Shown here: piece after piece, positions 1-12,959 of the stretch | Position numbering within the stretch: the stretch's first letter is position 1 | Layout: each line of letters begins with the position of its first letter | Assembly: GCA_028534125.1 (NCBI GenBank) | Contig: CM052831.1 | Span: 17,360,001-17,424,000 of the forward strand | Source: Lama glama | Lineage: Eukaryota | Direction of reading: 5' to 3' | Length of the DNA stretch: 64,000 nucleotides | The notes under the pieces: generated by a model | What the model was told of the DNA's origin: nothing | What the model saw: the letters and a program-made list of their open reading frames with translations, nothing else | Database searches by the model: none | Program-made: the position numbers and the translations under genes

Positions 1-1629
1 GGCAAGGTCCAAGCCCAGAAAGGCATTTCAGAATACGGGCAGCAAAAACACGGAAGAGAAGAGACATGTGGAGTGTGGACAAAGCCATCAACCATAACCC
101 AACTGGGTAGTTTTTATTTTCTGCGGTTCAACCCAAACACTGGGTTTTCTGCCAACTTGACCCACAAGAGGTGTTAATTGTTGTCAATATTTGCTAAGTC
201 TGGGCTTCTATTTGTTTACTTTCATTTTCAGTTTTTCCCTATATCTTTTATACTATATTTTTATTCTTGGCCTGGAAATGCTTCAACTTTTGTAAAGCGC
301 TCTTAGTTTGGTAGGAGGAAAGGCAATACCCAAGCTCAGGAGCCTCTTCAATTGTGTGTTTATGAAGCTAATTTCAAAAGACAAAGCAAACCAGGCAGCC
401 CTAATGTTCTAACAACTTCCTAGCAGCAAATTGGTTCTGTCAGCCATAAAGCAACACCTTCTCCTCTCGTTGGATTGACTTTAAGACAAATGAGCGTCTA
501 GACTGTTGAAAGCAGGAGGCAAAAAGGTCCAGCCACCTAAAGCCTACAAGTAATGAGAGATAAGGGGGAGAGGGTGGTATCTTCAATGATTACCTCATCC
601 AAAGCATCTCTTTTCATTTATCATGGTTCCATAAACATTAGATGGAATGGGTCATATTCCTAGTGTGCTGGCTAGCATCCAGGATTTGAATGGAAAGACC
701 TCTTCCAGTTAATGAAGGCTAACCTATTTCCAACTGGATTGGAGGTGGAAGAGCTGATGGGGTCGGGGTGGAGTGGGGGCAATTATGAGACACAGATCCC
801 TAGCACTGAAGCTACGTCTTGCATGATCTAAGGTCAAGGCTCTTCAAAAAGAGTCATCTCCCAAAATACACCAGCACCCACAAGGCTTTAGAATCACTCC
901 TGAATTCCCTTCCCTTTCAGCGCTTCCCTGGGATTTTTTTCAGTTCACTCTGTCCTCTCTCTTCAAGGATGAAAAACTACGGTCGCATATTGGTGACCCA
1001 CCTCTTTGGAAATGGTACTTGGAATTTCTATTTATAGGAAGTCACATGCGTTTTATAGGAAGATTCCACAATGCACATAACGACAAAAGCAAGACTTGTG
1101 GGAGACAATGCTTGAAACCTAAAGCTCAAAAGTTCACTCTGGCACATCTGCCAAAGATGATTTTCCAGAGCTGAGCAGAGGCCTGACACAGTAGGCGACA
1201 CCTCTTTATCAGCTCCAAGAACTCCAGGGCACATCATTAGCACCCAATTAGTTATTAATAACTAAATATTCACACATCTGCTGAAACTCTGTAGGTGCGC
1301 AGCATAATTTAAATGTGATTGTGATTATCTCTGTTAGGGTAGGTGCTGTATACATAATGGATTTGACTTCACTGAGCCCAAGGCCGGGGGTGGGGGGAAG
1401 CCCAGATTTGAAGCCCCATCTGTTCTTTTCTACAGGGTGTAAATGGTCAACTCATGCAAAAAGGGTATCCTAGTTGATCTGGAAGAGTTGGAATAAACTT
1501 AGCTATTATAATATACAATCAAACTGACCACATACCATGCATTTGCTGATAGCAGCCACTGTACTACAGGAGATGCCTTAAGTGCCTCTAAGAAAGCTAC
1601 CATATCGACAATTACATACAAAGCCGTAT

Positions 1630-1865
1630 TACAGCCAGGCACTGCTCTCATCAATGTAAATGCCCGTGCTACTTCATTTATTATTCCATTTACTCCTTAC
1701 AACCACCCTGTGAGGTGGGTCCAATTATTATCCATCATTTTACAAATGGGGAAACTGAGGCACGTGTTCATGTAATTTGCCAAAGATCACAAAACTACAC
1801 GTGGCACATTCGTTTTCAAACTCAGCTCTGTCTACACCACAGCCTCTGTTTTTAGCCACTAAGCT
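1630..1865 (-). mobile_element. MIR SINE
   Basis: acaaccaccctgtgaggtggg...ttttacaaatggggaaactgaggcac...aatttgccaaagatcaca is the reverse MIR core. Confidence 0.85.
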
Positions 1866-3329
1866 AGAGCGGATCTCTTTCTTCTAAGGCTTGTACCTAA
1901 CTTCACATCAGTGGGTTAGAAGTTGAAGGAGGACTTCTGGTCACCAGGCTGTCTTCACAGAAGGCCTGGGTGGGAGTCTTGCTTCCAGCCCTATTGCTGT
2001 GACTCGAGATGAGCTCACTCATCTCTGGGTCTCATTTTTTAAGTGGGACTCATATTTCTGCTATCTACAGTCACAAAAAGACCTCTCCAATACCCCCTAC
2101 CTCCAAACCAAACATCTCACTCTCTAGTCACTGAAGTTCCTTGGTCCAGAAATGAGAAACGGATGTGCTCTCGTGTGGAATTCGGACACATAAACCAATT
2201 TCACGTTCATCCTTCCAAGGATGATCCAGGCTCACAGTGCCAGGCGAGGAAGGAGAAAACAGGATAGAGATATGGGAGGGGCAGAACCCGCCCTTTGATC
2301 ACAAAATATATGTTTCTATAAAGTCTCTGAACAACTCTAGCAGCTGGCTGGCTGCACCCAAGCCACCCAACCCAAAGCAATCTAAAACACTGGTGAGGCC
2401 CGTGTTAAGTATTTTCCCAAACTTGCGTGCAATACAAGCACTGCAGAGTCATTCCTAGAAACTTCATCTTCAGTGCTCCATGCTTACAAAGGATTTTTTA
2501 CCTTCGGATTAATACCTGTCAGAGCACAGTGGGGGGGGCTCGCTGTTTTCAGATGGATGAAAACGCTGAATGTTCATTTTAATTTATAGACACCATGTGG
2601 CCACACCCAAGAAACAGAGATGGCAACCTCCTTGCCAGGCTCCAGGAAGAATACTGTTCCTTCTGAAGATCAAGGGGGCAGCAAGTAGTTGTGTGAACAT
2701 TCCTGGACACCTAGACAAGTTTAATAAGCACGAAGGATAATGAAACATGGGGCCTGGCTTCAAGAAGCTTACTACTCTGGAACGAAAAAAAAAAAAACTC
2801 ATTTAGAAGAACGCTAAGAACACTTCATAAGCCAAGCATGCAAGCAAAAGCTATCAGAAACACTGGGGAGGGCTACTGCCTTAGCACTCAGGGAATTTAT
2901 TCAAGGAAAAAAGGGTATGTGTTGAGATTCAGTTAGAAGGATTTTAATTACAGCGCCCATTACAATATCCAAAACTGTAAGCACCATTTACTTAACAGTA
3001 AAAAATAGTTAAATAAAATCATCACCCAAGCATCAAATTAACATCTCTTGACAGTCAATTCCAAAGGTTTTAGAAGAGTATTTAATGGCCTAGGACTGTA
3101 ATGCAAAATAAACAATTCAGTGAAAAGGGCAAGTTACAACAGAGTACAATAGTATTCATTTTCACCCAATTAAAAAAAAAATCTAAAACAGACAGACACA
3201 CTGATAAACCAAGGTATTCAAAGTAACTAACTCACAGACCGAATATTTTATCTGCATTTATTACAATGAACACATATGGTTTTCATATTAGGGAAAGCTT
3301 TTTTGGAGAGACCTTACCACATCTCCCTT

Positions 3330-4080
3330 TTTTTATTTCTAGTGATGGAAAATTTCCAACAAACACTAAGATAAATAGAAGCCCCACCCCACAAACTCAT
3401 GCCCAGCCTCCCAGCCAACCCTGTTCCACGATGCCCACCCACATGCCCTCCTGCATATTATTTGAAACCAATTTCAATTATAAAATTCCATCCATAAATA
3501 TTTAAAAGACTGGGCCCTTTTGAAAACACCTTCAAAAAGCTTAAAGATAGTCTCCTAATACTGTTCCATTTCCAATGACTAGTTTTTACTAGTTAATTCA
3601 TTTGAATCAGGACCCAAGTAAGGCCCACCTAGAGTGATTGGTATATCTTTTTAAATCTTCGTAGGTTTTCATCTCCATCTATTTCCCCCTTCAATTTTTT
3701 CATTAAAAAGTATCAATCTTTGGCCAGTCTGTGGTTTGCCTATGTATTCCTCTGGTGCCGTTTACCATGGTTTTCAGTCCTCTGTAATTCCTGTAAACTG
3801 GTACTTGGACAGTTGAACGGACTCAGGAGTTTTGGGTTTGTTTATCATGGAGGGTTGGGAGGGCGGGGGGTACCGCAGGACGACTTCTGAAGAGGTGTGG
3901 TGCTCTGCCACCAAGGGCTTGTGTGTGGTTGTCTCCATCTGTGACGCTACGTGTTGATGACCCCATGTCTAGGCCCATCAAGTCACAAGAGCTACAAAAC
4001 GGCCATCCTCTATTTCCATCACTCCGCCTTCATTTCTAGCCTCACTAATTTCACAGAGAAAAAACCTCCTCTCATCATTG
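3330..4080 (-). mobile_element. Old L1 3' region fragment (L1MC/L1ME-like)
   Basis: atggaaaatttccaac, tttgaatcaggacccaagtaaggcccac and gattggtatatctttttaaatct resemble old L1M 3' UTRs; heavily decayed. Confidence 0.55.
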
Positions 4081-4112
4081 GCTACTCAGTATTGAGGGCT
4101 ATTCTTAAATTT

Positions 4113-4223
4113 GCAGGAGAGGGGAATTAGGTTTGTTTATTTATTTCATGGAGGTACTGGGGACTGAACCCAGGACCTTGTGCATGCTAAGCACACACTC
4201 TACCACCAAGCTATATCTCCCCC
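4113..4223 (-). mobile_element. Camelid tRNA-derived SINE (Vic-1-like)
   Basis: atggaggtactggggactgaacccaggaccttgtgcatgctaagcacacactctaccac...; degenerate TSD attcttaaattt (4101-4112) / actcttaatttt (4224-4235). Confidence 0.9.
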
Positions 4224-6329
4224 ACTCTTAATTTTTAACATACACACATACTCACACATCTAAGCTTCCCTACATAGGGAAGGATCAGAAGCCACAACCA
4301 AAAGCCTCAGTATTGTCAAGTCAAATCTGGAGTTCAAGGAGTTCCCCAAAAGGTCAGGATGGATGCCCTTGACTTTAAGTCCACTCAGTACAAAGGGCAG
4401 CCTAGAGTACATGCGTAGAGTCTGCAGAGAACTGGAGCCTCCCTCTTACCCTCCTGAGGCCGGCGGCACAGTACAGACCTGTTCTGGGGATGGCGGGGCC
4501 ACCTCTCCGCACGGGCTCAGCTGATTCCAGCTCTTGGAACCAGACCACTCCTCAGCGGCTTTGCCAGAAGTGTCAGGGGACCCTGGGCTATGCCCTAAAC
4601 TGGAAACAAGCGTCTTGAACAGAACAGAAGATCCCTCAAGGCCGGCCAAGAAAAGTCCTCACACGAGGGCAGCAGAGCAGAGAGAACTGACAAACTGTAC
4701 ACGAGAAAAATGGAATCAACAGTCTGTACTCAACTGAACGACGGCTTTACAAATCGCAAGGCTGGCGGGCCCCGGGCGGAGACAGGCACACACACCCCAG
4801 CACGGGGTCAGGCTCTGCGGCTGGGGGACAGCTCTGTGGGTTGAAAAACGGCCAGAGGAACGGATTTAATAACTCAAGGTTGGCGCGTAGGCTTCTGCCT
4901 TGGTCCTTTGATTTTTATAAACTAGCAATCCAGGCAAGCGGGGAATGCGGGAACAACTGTGCAGGTAAGCCCTACCGTGGCCTCAGGACTCCTCTCTGGG
5001 GCTTCCCGATGGGGAGGCTGGGCACGACCTCCTCACTGCGCATGAGGTCTCCGCAGAAGGCATGCATTAGCTAAATGTGCACCAGCCCACAGAAAGGGGA
5101 GCAGGCCATTAAATATAAATGCAAAACAAAATTAGACCCATCCATCCTAAATCTCAGATCTCTGCAGCAGGCAGGGTTTACTTCCTGCTTTTAATTTTTC
5201 TAAAAGGCATAAGCACTGAAATTACAGCCCATGACTATGCTTCTAGACTCAGGCCCCACCCCTCCCAAGCCAAACAAAGAAATTGGTTTTTTTTGCTTAA
5301 TCGCTGTCAGATTTCATGAGGCATCTGTTGACACTCCTAAACCTGGATTAAGTTTCTATATAAGTACTAATGGCCCATCTTTCAAACAGAACCACCAGCC
5401 CATCGGTAGTGGGCCGAAACACAAAAGCTGATAAGCCTTAAATGAACTGGAAACATTTACCTAAATAAGAGTCAGAACAAACTCGGTGATTTTCCTTTAA
5501 AAATACACTCATCAAAAGGGTGGCCCAGAAGAAAGCAAGGAGAAACGAACATTTGCAAAATTTCCCTTTCCCAGATTAATACACACAGCTATTACCTAGC
5601 AAACTACCTACAACGTAACTGTCATCGACTGATGACCACGTGCTGTGGCTCCCGGCTCCCCTAAGGTTTCCAATTTCTCCCACTCCTGTAAGCACTCGCG
5701 GAGGCAAGGTTTCTGCCTGCCTCTGTGTATTGTTCATCTCAGTGCCAAGAACAATGCTTTAGGGGAGGTGTTCTATATATACATGAGGGAGGGAGAGAGG
5801 AAGGGGAAAGGAAGGAGACAGGAGTTCTATCCATTTCACTAGAACCAGGGATCCTTCAGAGCTAACAGGAGACTCCAAGGAGATGGCCAAAGAGTTAAGC
5901 TTCAGATTCTTCTCTGTAAATATGTCCCTAATTTCACATAATCAGAAAACAACCTGCCCAAAAGCCCCTCCAGCCAAAGCTGGCAGTTTTCTCCTCATCT
6001 TCCCACATCTCCGCACTACGTTCTTCAGAGAAGAATCTCCACAAAAAGTGAGGGGCATCATGCCATCCATCAACCTCTCCTCTCATCTGCCAGTACCTTC
6101 CCACTTAAAGCGCTGAAGGAAGAAGAAACTGCAAAGTCTCGGGACCTGTTTATTCCAGACCCATCACACTCAGAAAGTGCACGAAGAAGAAACCAGAAGA
6201 GATGCAAAACGGCCAAAAGCGAGGGGACCCTGCATCACTGCATTCCTTCGCCTTTAAAACAACTGCATTTTGTGTTAGACTTCATTTCCCGAGACCCTGA
6301 AAACCAGGATGAATACAGGGGCAGGACTG

Positions 6330-6545
6330 TTTAATGGCAAAACTCAGGCTCTGGACCAGACAACTGGGACCCGTGCTAGCCACAGGAATCTTAAACAGGT
6401 GACTGCTTTCCTCTGAGCCTTGCCTGCCTCATCAATTAAGTGGGATGGTAACTGGAGCTCCCTTTAGGGGTTAAATACAAAAATGTGCAAAAAGGGTACC
6501 TGACACGGGGTCTGACCCCTCTGATCTGCTCAGCAAGTCGTGTTC
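6330..6545 (+). mobile_element. MIR SINE
   Basis: caggctctggaccagac...ctctgagccttgcctgcctcatcaattaagtgggatggtaac, a decayed MIR core. Confidence 0.65.
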
Positions 6546-7167
6546 ACTAGGAGAAAGAGAATGATGGAGATGGTGATGGTGATCACAGCGGTGAAGACGG
6601 TGAACACATACGACAATGGACAGAGAAGGCCCACTTTAGGGTCGGAAATAGCAGTTTTATACCCCATGTCCCACTCTGATTTCTCCAGAGGGTAGATTTC
6701 ATCTTGGGGAGAGACAAGACAGTGATGGCTGTCCCCTGCCCACCAACCACATCAGCTCCATTTCCTCCCTCAAGGCTGCTATGCATTTTCACATTCACAT
6801 AAAGCGCTCATCCAGGAAACGAGGCTGTCAATCGTAGACCACGGGCAGGACTCTCTGAGACAGAAGACAGAGTGAAGCAAATGTCTGAAAGGCTAGCAAG
6901 TCGTCCGAGTTCCAAGCAGGAGGCAACACGCTGAGAGTCTCCGGAGGAATGCAAACCCAATTAAAGACAGACATCGCATCTGTAATGCTCTGAAGGGTAT
7001 CCTCCCGTGCTTACCCTGAGCCTGGAACATGCTAAGTTTTTACTGAACGAAAAACAGAGACGATGCCGTAGGAGAACAAAGTATCACCTTGTTCCCTGGA
7101 AAGAAAAACAACAGCTCTCGAGCATGAGTGACACGCTTCTACTGAGCATCCAGCAGCCTACATGGAT

Positions 7168-7360
7168 GCCTTTTTATTTTTATTTTTTTGCTGTTTATTT
7201 TCATGTTTTAAATTGATATAGATGATGTGCAGGTGCACAACATAGTGGTTCACCATTTTTACGGTTATACTCCATTTATAGTTGCTGTAAAATGTTAGCT
7301 ATATTCCCTACTGTACAATACACCCTTGTAGCTTTTTAATTTTATACAGAATAGTTTGCT
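7168..7360 (-). mobile_element. L1 3' end fragment (cetartiodactyl-type)
   Basis: T-rich tail followed by caggtgcacaacatagtggttcaccatttttacggttatactccatttatagttg...gctatattccct. Confidence 0.8.
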
Positions 7361-7399
7361 CTTGCCAACTAGAAACATTCTAGTGCTTCAGGTTTACAG

Positions 7400-7845
7400 A
7401 AGTGGGTTGAACAGGGCTACCCATCCCCTAAAAGATAAGTCCATGGCGTAACACCCAGAACCTGAGGCGGTCCCCTTTCACGATCAAAAGATAAATATTA
7501 CTTTCCACAGCAAACGATGTGATTAAGTTAAGGATTTTGAGAGGAGGCATTGATCCTAGACTGTCCAGCTGGGCCCTAAATAGATGACAAGGAACCTCAT
7601 AAAAGTGAGGCCACGGGAGATCAGACAGGCGGGAGAGGAGGAGGCAGTGGGGCCACACAGACAGAGATGGAGCCACAGGTCAAGGGACGCGACAACCACC
7701 AGAAGCTGAAAGAGGCAAAGATTCTCCTTTAGAGCACTCAGAGAGAGTATGACCCTGCCAACACCTTGACTTCCAATTTCACGTTTCCAGTATCGCAAGA
7801 GAATAGATTTCTGTAGTTTTAAGTTTTGTTGTGTGCCCTGAGAAA
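7400..7845 (+). mobile_element. MaLR LTR (MLT1D-like)
   Basis: gatgtgattaagttaaggattttgag...gggccctaaat...ccaccagaagctggaaagaggcaaagattctcc...ccctgccaacaccttgactt. Confidence 0.8.
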
Positions 7846-8013
7846 GCATCACAGTTATCTCACTCACAGGTAAGTACATGCAGGAAATAGAGCTGAAGCA
7901 GCATCTCCTCCCTCTGAAGTAGTCCAGGAGCCACAAGTTGAATTAAGCAGGTACCAGGTAAAGAGCTGTGTCAGAAAGCAATGGAACAACAGTGCAGCTC
8001 AAAGGGCAAGGGA

Positions 8014-8061
8014 AAAAATGCAAGGACGGTCTAGCACAAAAATGCAAGGACGGTCTAGCAC
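8014..8061 (+). repeat. Perfect 24-bp tandem duplication
   Basis: aaaaatgcaaggacggtctagcac at 8014-8037 and 8038-8061. Confidence 0.95.
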
Positions 8062-9454
8062 GATTCGCAGGTGTCAGCTGTGGATAAGAATGCCCGATAT
8101 TTGAGGTTGATAAATACGTACTTATATTATACACATACATAATTTTCCGTAATTACCTGCAAGCCTGAAGCCTCTAGCTTACAAAATCTCAGAAGAAAAG
8201 AATGTATTTTATAGCCTCGCCCAGAGCTCCATGGATGTACAACCTGCAACCTTCTGGAGACAATCAGAGCCCTCACTTCCTACCCGTGGGCTCATCCTCG
8301 GGGCACAGTTTCTCCAAATGGGGTCGGAAGAACACTAGGGTATTCTCAAAACAAGTGCAAGGTTTTTTATTTCTATAATCATCTAAAAGCAAAGCATTCC
8401 CATTTATGAACACGAAACCAGGCAAGAACTCTGATAACGGGTATTTAAAAGACATTTTCGTGCAATAAAACTTAAGATACTTAAGATATGTTTGTTGGGC
8501 TTGGATAAATTTACAGGGTTCTTTGCAGGGTATTTTCCCCTTCGATAAGGGGCCTGTATGTAATTGGAGAAACACTAAGTACAGTTCTGACAGTTTCCTA
8601 ACATAATAGAAAGTAAACGACTATGTACAAACATTAATTTAAATCTCCTTCATCTTGAATACAAAAAAAAAAAAAATCAGTATCATTTTCATGACAGCAC
8701 CCTAAGAGAATCAGCAATTAAGACGCCACTCTTCCCTCAGCCTTCTTAGTTTTTCAAAGGGCTGGGCTGTGTGAATGTCTGCCAATAGTAAGTAACTTGG
8801 GACCACAACTTTCAAAGTAATGGCTGAAGGTTTAACAAATCTAAGGGCAACAAATCCCCTTTTAAAAGGCAACCAGAAATGTTTTCATTAAATTAAGTCC
8901 TTAAAATTCCACAAGACTGAGTCACAGCTCCAAGTGATAACTGAAATCCAATTACAAGCCAGAGATTATACACAGTTCTCTTAAGGAGATTATTCCAGTC
9001 TGAATACATAATGATTCACAGATTTAATTGATAAGATGACTGTTCTGGTTTATCACCATCACAAGTAGGTAAGATCCTCAAAGCTGGACTGTGTTCACGT
9101 GCAGGACTTTTCTCTGCATGGTGACCAGCAGAGCTTCAGCCGTGACTGACGTCTTTGTTCGTGGCACCAGGCTAACAATGACACACACGCACACAAAAAT
9201 GCCAGCCAGCAATGCTGAGGAGGAACCCCATCAACTTCTAAGAAATCAGAAGTTCCAGAGACGTGTGCTCCACTGCCACAAACAGCTTCCTTTCCTTCAG
9301 AAACTGAAAGGCTAAGGGAACAAGGTTCCAAGGGAACAGGAAGTGGTCTACTTGATCTGCGTAGCTCCCGCGCTGAAACTGAGACAGTCCCCGAAAATCC
9401 TCTGGCCTTCAACTTCTTCCTTGAAATCCAGCCCTTACCAACACGCCCCGCACA

Positions 9455-9640
9455 CGACGAGCACTTGGTACGGATCCCGTCATTCGGTCCCCGGTCCGCT
9501 CGATACCCTTGTGAAGTAAGTGCTCCCACCATCCTCGTTTTCCAGATGAAAAAATTAACCAAGTTAAGCTTCAAGTAACTTGCCCAAGGTCATTCTGATA
9601 ATATGGGGTGCAAGAGCCAGGGAGTTCAGATTCTCGTCTG
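9455..9640 (-). mobile_element. MIR SINE with a CpG-rich left end
   Basis: ttttccagatgaaaaaatt...aagtaacttgcccaaggtca...agagccagggagttcaga. Confidence 0.7.
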
Positions 9641-10154
9641 AGCCAGAAGAGGAAACAACTAACTAACCTAACCAGACAGGAGAAATGAGCATAGATAATC
9701 CTGTAAGGCCAGAACATCCTGGTGCTGGCAAAAAGTAAAAGAATGTTTTTAAAACAACCTGACATATTTCATACCGACATAAAAATGTCAGTTCCCTATC
9801 TGTGCAGAGACCAGTGGCTGAGAGAGGATGGCCCTGCCCCCCCCACAGTAACAAGCCATGTGGCAGAGAAGCCACCCCGACACTGAACGGCATTTTGATC
9901 TATAACTTGGATGAACACAGAGACTGGAAATTTAACCAACCGGCACCGTACACAAGGTTGGAATGAACAGACCACACAATTGATCAAAGAACCAAAATTG
10001 CAAGCATCCAGCAAGGTGGAACCGGACTAAATCCAACAATATGAGATTCTGCCACATAAAACAGTATATTCAGATTAACCAATAAGGAAACAGTGCAGGA
10101 GCAGAAAGCGACCAGACTGTTCAGCTAAAAAAAGCATTCAGAACAAACGTTAAT

Positions 10155-10615
10155 ACCAGCAGGATTCACAATAGCCAAATAGGGGAAGCTACACAAACGT
10201 CCATCAAGTGATGAATGGATAAACATAATGTGGTATATTCATAAGTGGACTATTACTTGTCTATAAAAAGGAATGAGGTTCTGATACATGCAATAAGATG
10301 GATGAACCTTGAAAAGCATTATGCTAAGTGAAAAAAGCCAGTCACAAAAGGCCACATATTATATAATTTCATTCTTATGAAGTCTCTGGTATAAGCAAAT
10401 TTATAAAAACAGGAAGTAGAGTAGTAGTTGCCTACAGCCAGTAGGGGTTAAGGGGAAATGCGGAGGTGACCTCTGAAGCACAGGGCTTCTTTTAAGGAGG
10501 ATGAAAATGCTGTAAAATTGAATGTTGTGATGGTTGCACAACCCCATGAATATAAGAAAAACACTTTAGATGGGTAAATTTACAGTATGTAAATGTTATC
10601 TCAATAAAGCTGTTA
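10155..10615 (+). mobile_element. L1 3' end (L1MB-like)
   Basis: gtccatcaagtgatgaatggataaac...atggatgaaccttgaaaagcattatgctaagtgaaaaaagccagtcacaaaaggccac...tatctcaataaagctgtt. Confidence 0.9.
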
Positions 10616-10989
10616 CTCCCTCCCCAACTCCACACAAACACACACAAATGTGGATCACTTAATTGCCTGTATATTTACATAGAGACAGCAGTATACTATA
10701 ATTGTTAGGAAATCTAACCTGATCTTCAAATTGGCTCAAAATAAGGAAAAACTTGCCCAATAAGGAAAAAGATCGCCAGCACGAAGGAGTGAGTTCTTCA
10801 GTGCTGGACAAATTTAAGCAGAGACTATTTGACTTTCTGGTCAAGAACACAACCAAAGGGATTTATTTCAACTGTGGGCTGAAAGCTCGAAGAAACCATC
10901 TTCAAGACACTAAAATTCTAATATGCGTCATGGATGACACCTAAGTGATTGAAGAATTAGGCACTGAATTAGGAGATGTTTTAAGAGTA

Positions 10990-11190
10990 CAAAACCTGGA
11001 GGGAAGTGGGCTGCCTAGAACCAAATCCACGCTCCTGTATTTAACAGGATGACCTTAGGGAAGCAGCCAGCCCAAGACTCAGTTTTTTCATTTTATAAAA
11101 TGGAGTCAATAATAAGGGAAATCAGTATTTTATAGGCAAATTGGTAAGAGTTAAACAAGATAATGATGAGACCCTTCTCATAGCATCTCA
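10990..11190 (+). mobile_element. MIR SINE
   Basis: tgaccttagggaag...ctcagttttttcattttataaaatggag...gagttaaacaagataatg. Confidence 0.65.
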
Positions 11191-12234
11191 TTGGATTTCA
11201 ACCCAATAAGCCATCACCATAGCCTCTTGACATTTTTAGTGGCATTACATGAACTATTATAATACAACAACTTCTAACCAAAACTGAAATACCATCCAAT
11301 GGCCTTCACTGATTAAAAGGGGCAGGACCCTCTCCTAAACAGAGATCCCAACATACATGTTGTTTTCCAATAAATATCCAAAAGTTCTAAGAAATATTAG
11401 TGCTATTTTAATACGTTAATAAAGACATGGTATAATATTGGACAGCAGAATACTCCCAACAACAACAACAAAAACTCATGTGCCTCAAACTGCTGAATGT
11501 GTGAAATTAACACAACACAATTTTATGGATATCCTCCTTCCTCCTTCCTTCTCATGCTTGACAACTTGCTTTTGCACCAACGCACTTTCCTGGATGTTAT
11601 TTTAACATCAGTAGAAGTCTCATGCAACTCAATCATGCCTATAATACGGCTGTCTGACAGGCCCCATCGAGTAGAAGTTAAGTCTTTATTACCTGCTCAG
11701 GAAGTCCACATGCGTATTTCACAAGGTCTCCGCTCTCCTTCGAACCTTGTCTATTATAAACACAGGCTTTAGATCTATTCTCACTTTGAGATCACTTACA
11801 CCCTTGACTATTTGCAGGGCAAACGAATGCAATCAAACACTAAAGCTTCGAAGAGATTAGAGGACTGCCAAGGTCTGAACTTATATCAACAGCTCGGAAT
11901 CAGTTCCTTCCACCGTGCTTTGACAGTATCACACCCGCAAAACAAACATGGCAGTGTGTGCACCTCAGACCCGGCATCACATTCCAGCAGTCTGTTTCTG
12001 AGACGTTCAGGGAAACACCCTATCACCAGAGCTGTTCCCAGGCAACAAGCACGAGCATCCGTCTCGGATAGTTCACCCCGCGACAAATGCTGCTCCAGGC
12101 AGGGAGTTCACAAGAGGAAAGGGGGAAAACCCCTAAACCTCCACTGAGTAGGGGGTCCGGAAGGAAAGTTTTGTCTTGCAATCTGTGCTTTAGGAAGAAT
12201 TCTAGTCTAAAAGTTTAGTCTTCCGCAGACACAT

Positions 12235-12745
12235 CATGGGACAAAAATCCAACCCTTTCATAATAACACTCAGTAAGAGAGGAATAAAAAGAAACTTCCT
12301 CCACCGGATGATACAGGACATCTATGAAAAACCCACAGGGAACATCACACTCAACAGTAAAAGACAGTAAGCTTTTCCACTAAGATCAAGAAGGTAAGGG
12401 TGTCCTCATACCACTTCTGTTCTGGGGGCCACTTCTCTTCATTTCTACACTAGAGGTTCTAACCAGGGCAATTAGGCAAGGAAAAAATAAAAAAGAAAGA
12501 AAGAAAAAGGGTTCCAGATTGGAATGGAAAATGTAAGCTTATCTCTATCTGCAGATATCATGATCTTGCATACAGAAAATTCTAAGAAATCCACAAAAAA
12601 CAAAACAAACAAACAAACAAACAAACAAAAAAACCTCTCAGAGCTGACAGTTCAACAAATTTGCAGGATACAGGAATATTTTTTAAAAACTCAATCATAT
12701 TTCTACACATTTGCAATGAGCAATCCAAAAATGAAATTTAAAGTT
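12235..12745 (+). mobile_element. Degenerate L1 ORF2 (RT region) fragment with an internal (AAAC)n
   Basis: atctatgaaaaacccacag...ctagaggttctaaccagggcaattaggcaag...ctctatctgcagatatcatgatcttgcatacagaaaattctaag; ORF 12524..12814 starts SLSADIMILHTEN, a decayed version of SLFADDMILYLEN. Confidence 0.85.
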
Positions 12746-12959
12746 TGTGTTTCAGGAAAACAAAAAACAAATAAACTAAATAAATATTTAAAAAACAAAT
12801 TTAAAAACCTGTGAAAAAGTTTATGTTTCGCATCAGTCTTACTCCAATGAAATTCCAGATTTCTCATCTGTAAGCTGGAAGTTATAAAGTCACTCCAATG
12901 ATACTCATTTCTGGCTCTTGGAAAACTATCTCAGCCATACCTCAAACAATTAAAGACTC

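Noticed and set aside
12524-12814. ORF with an RT-like SLSADIMIL motif
   Set aside because: Decayed L1 ORF2 remnant with the catalytic DD lost and a microsatellite inserted; not a functional reverse transcriptase.
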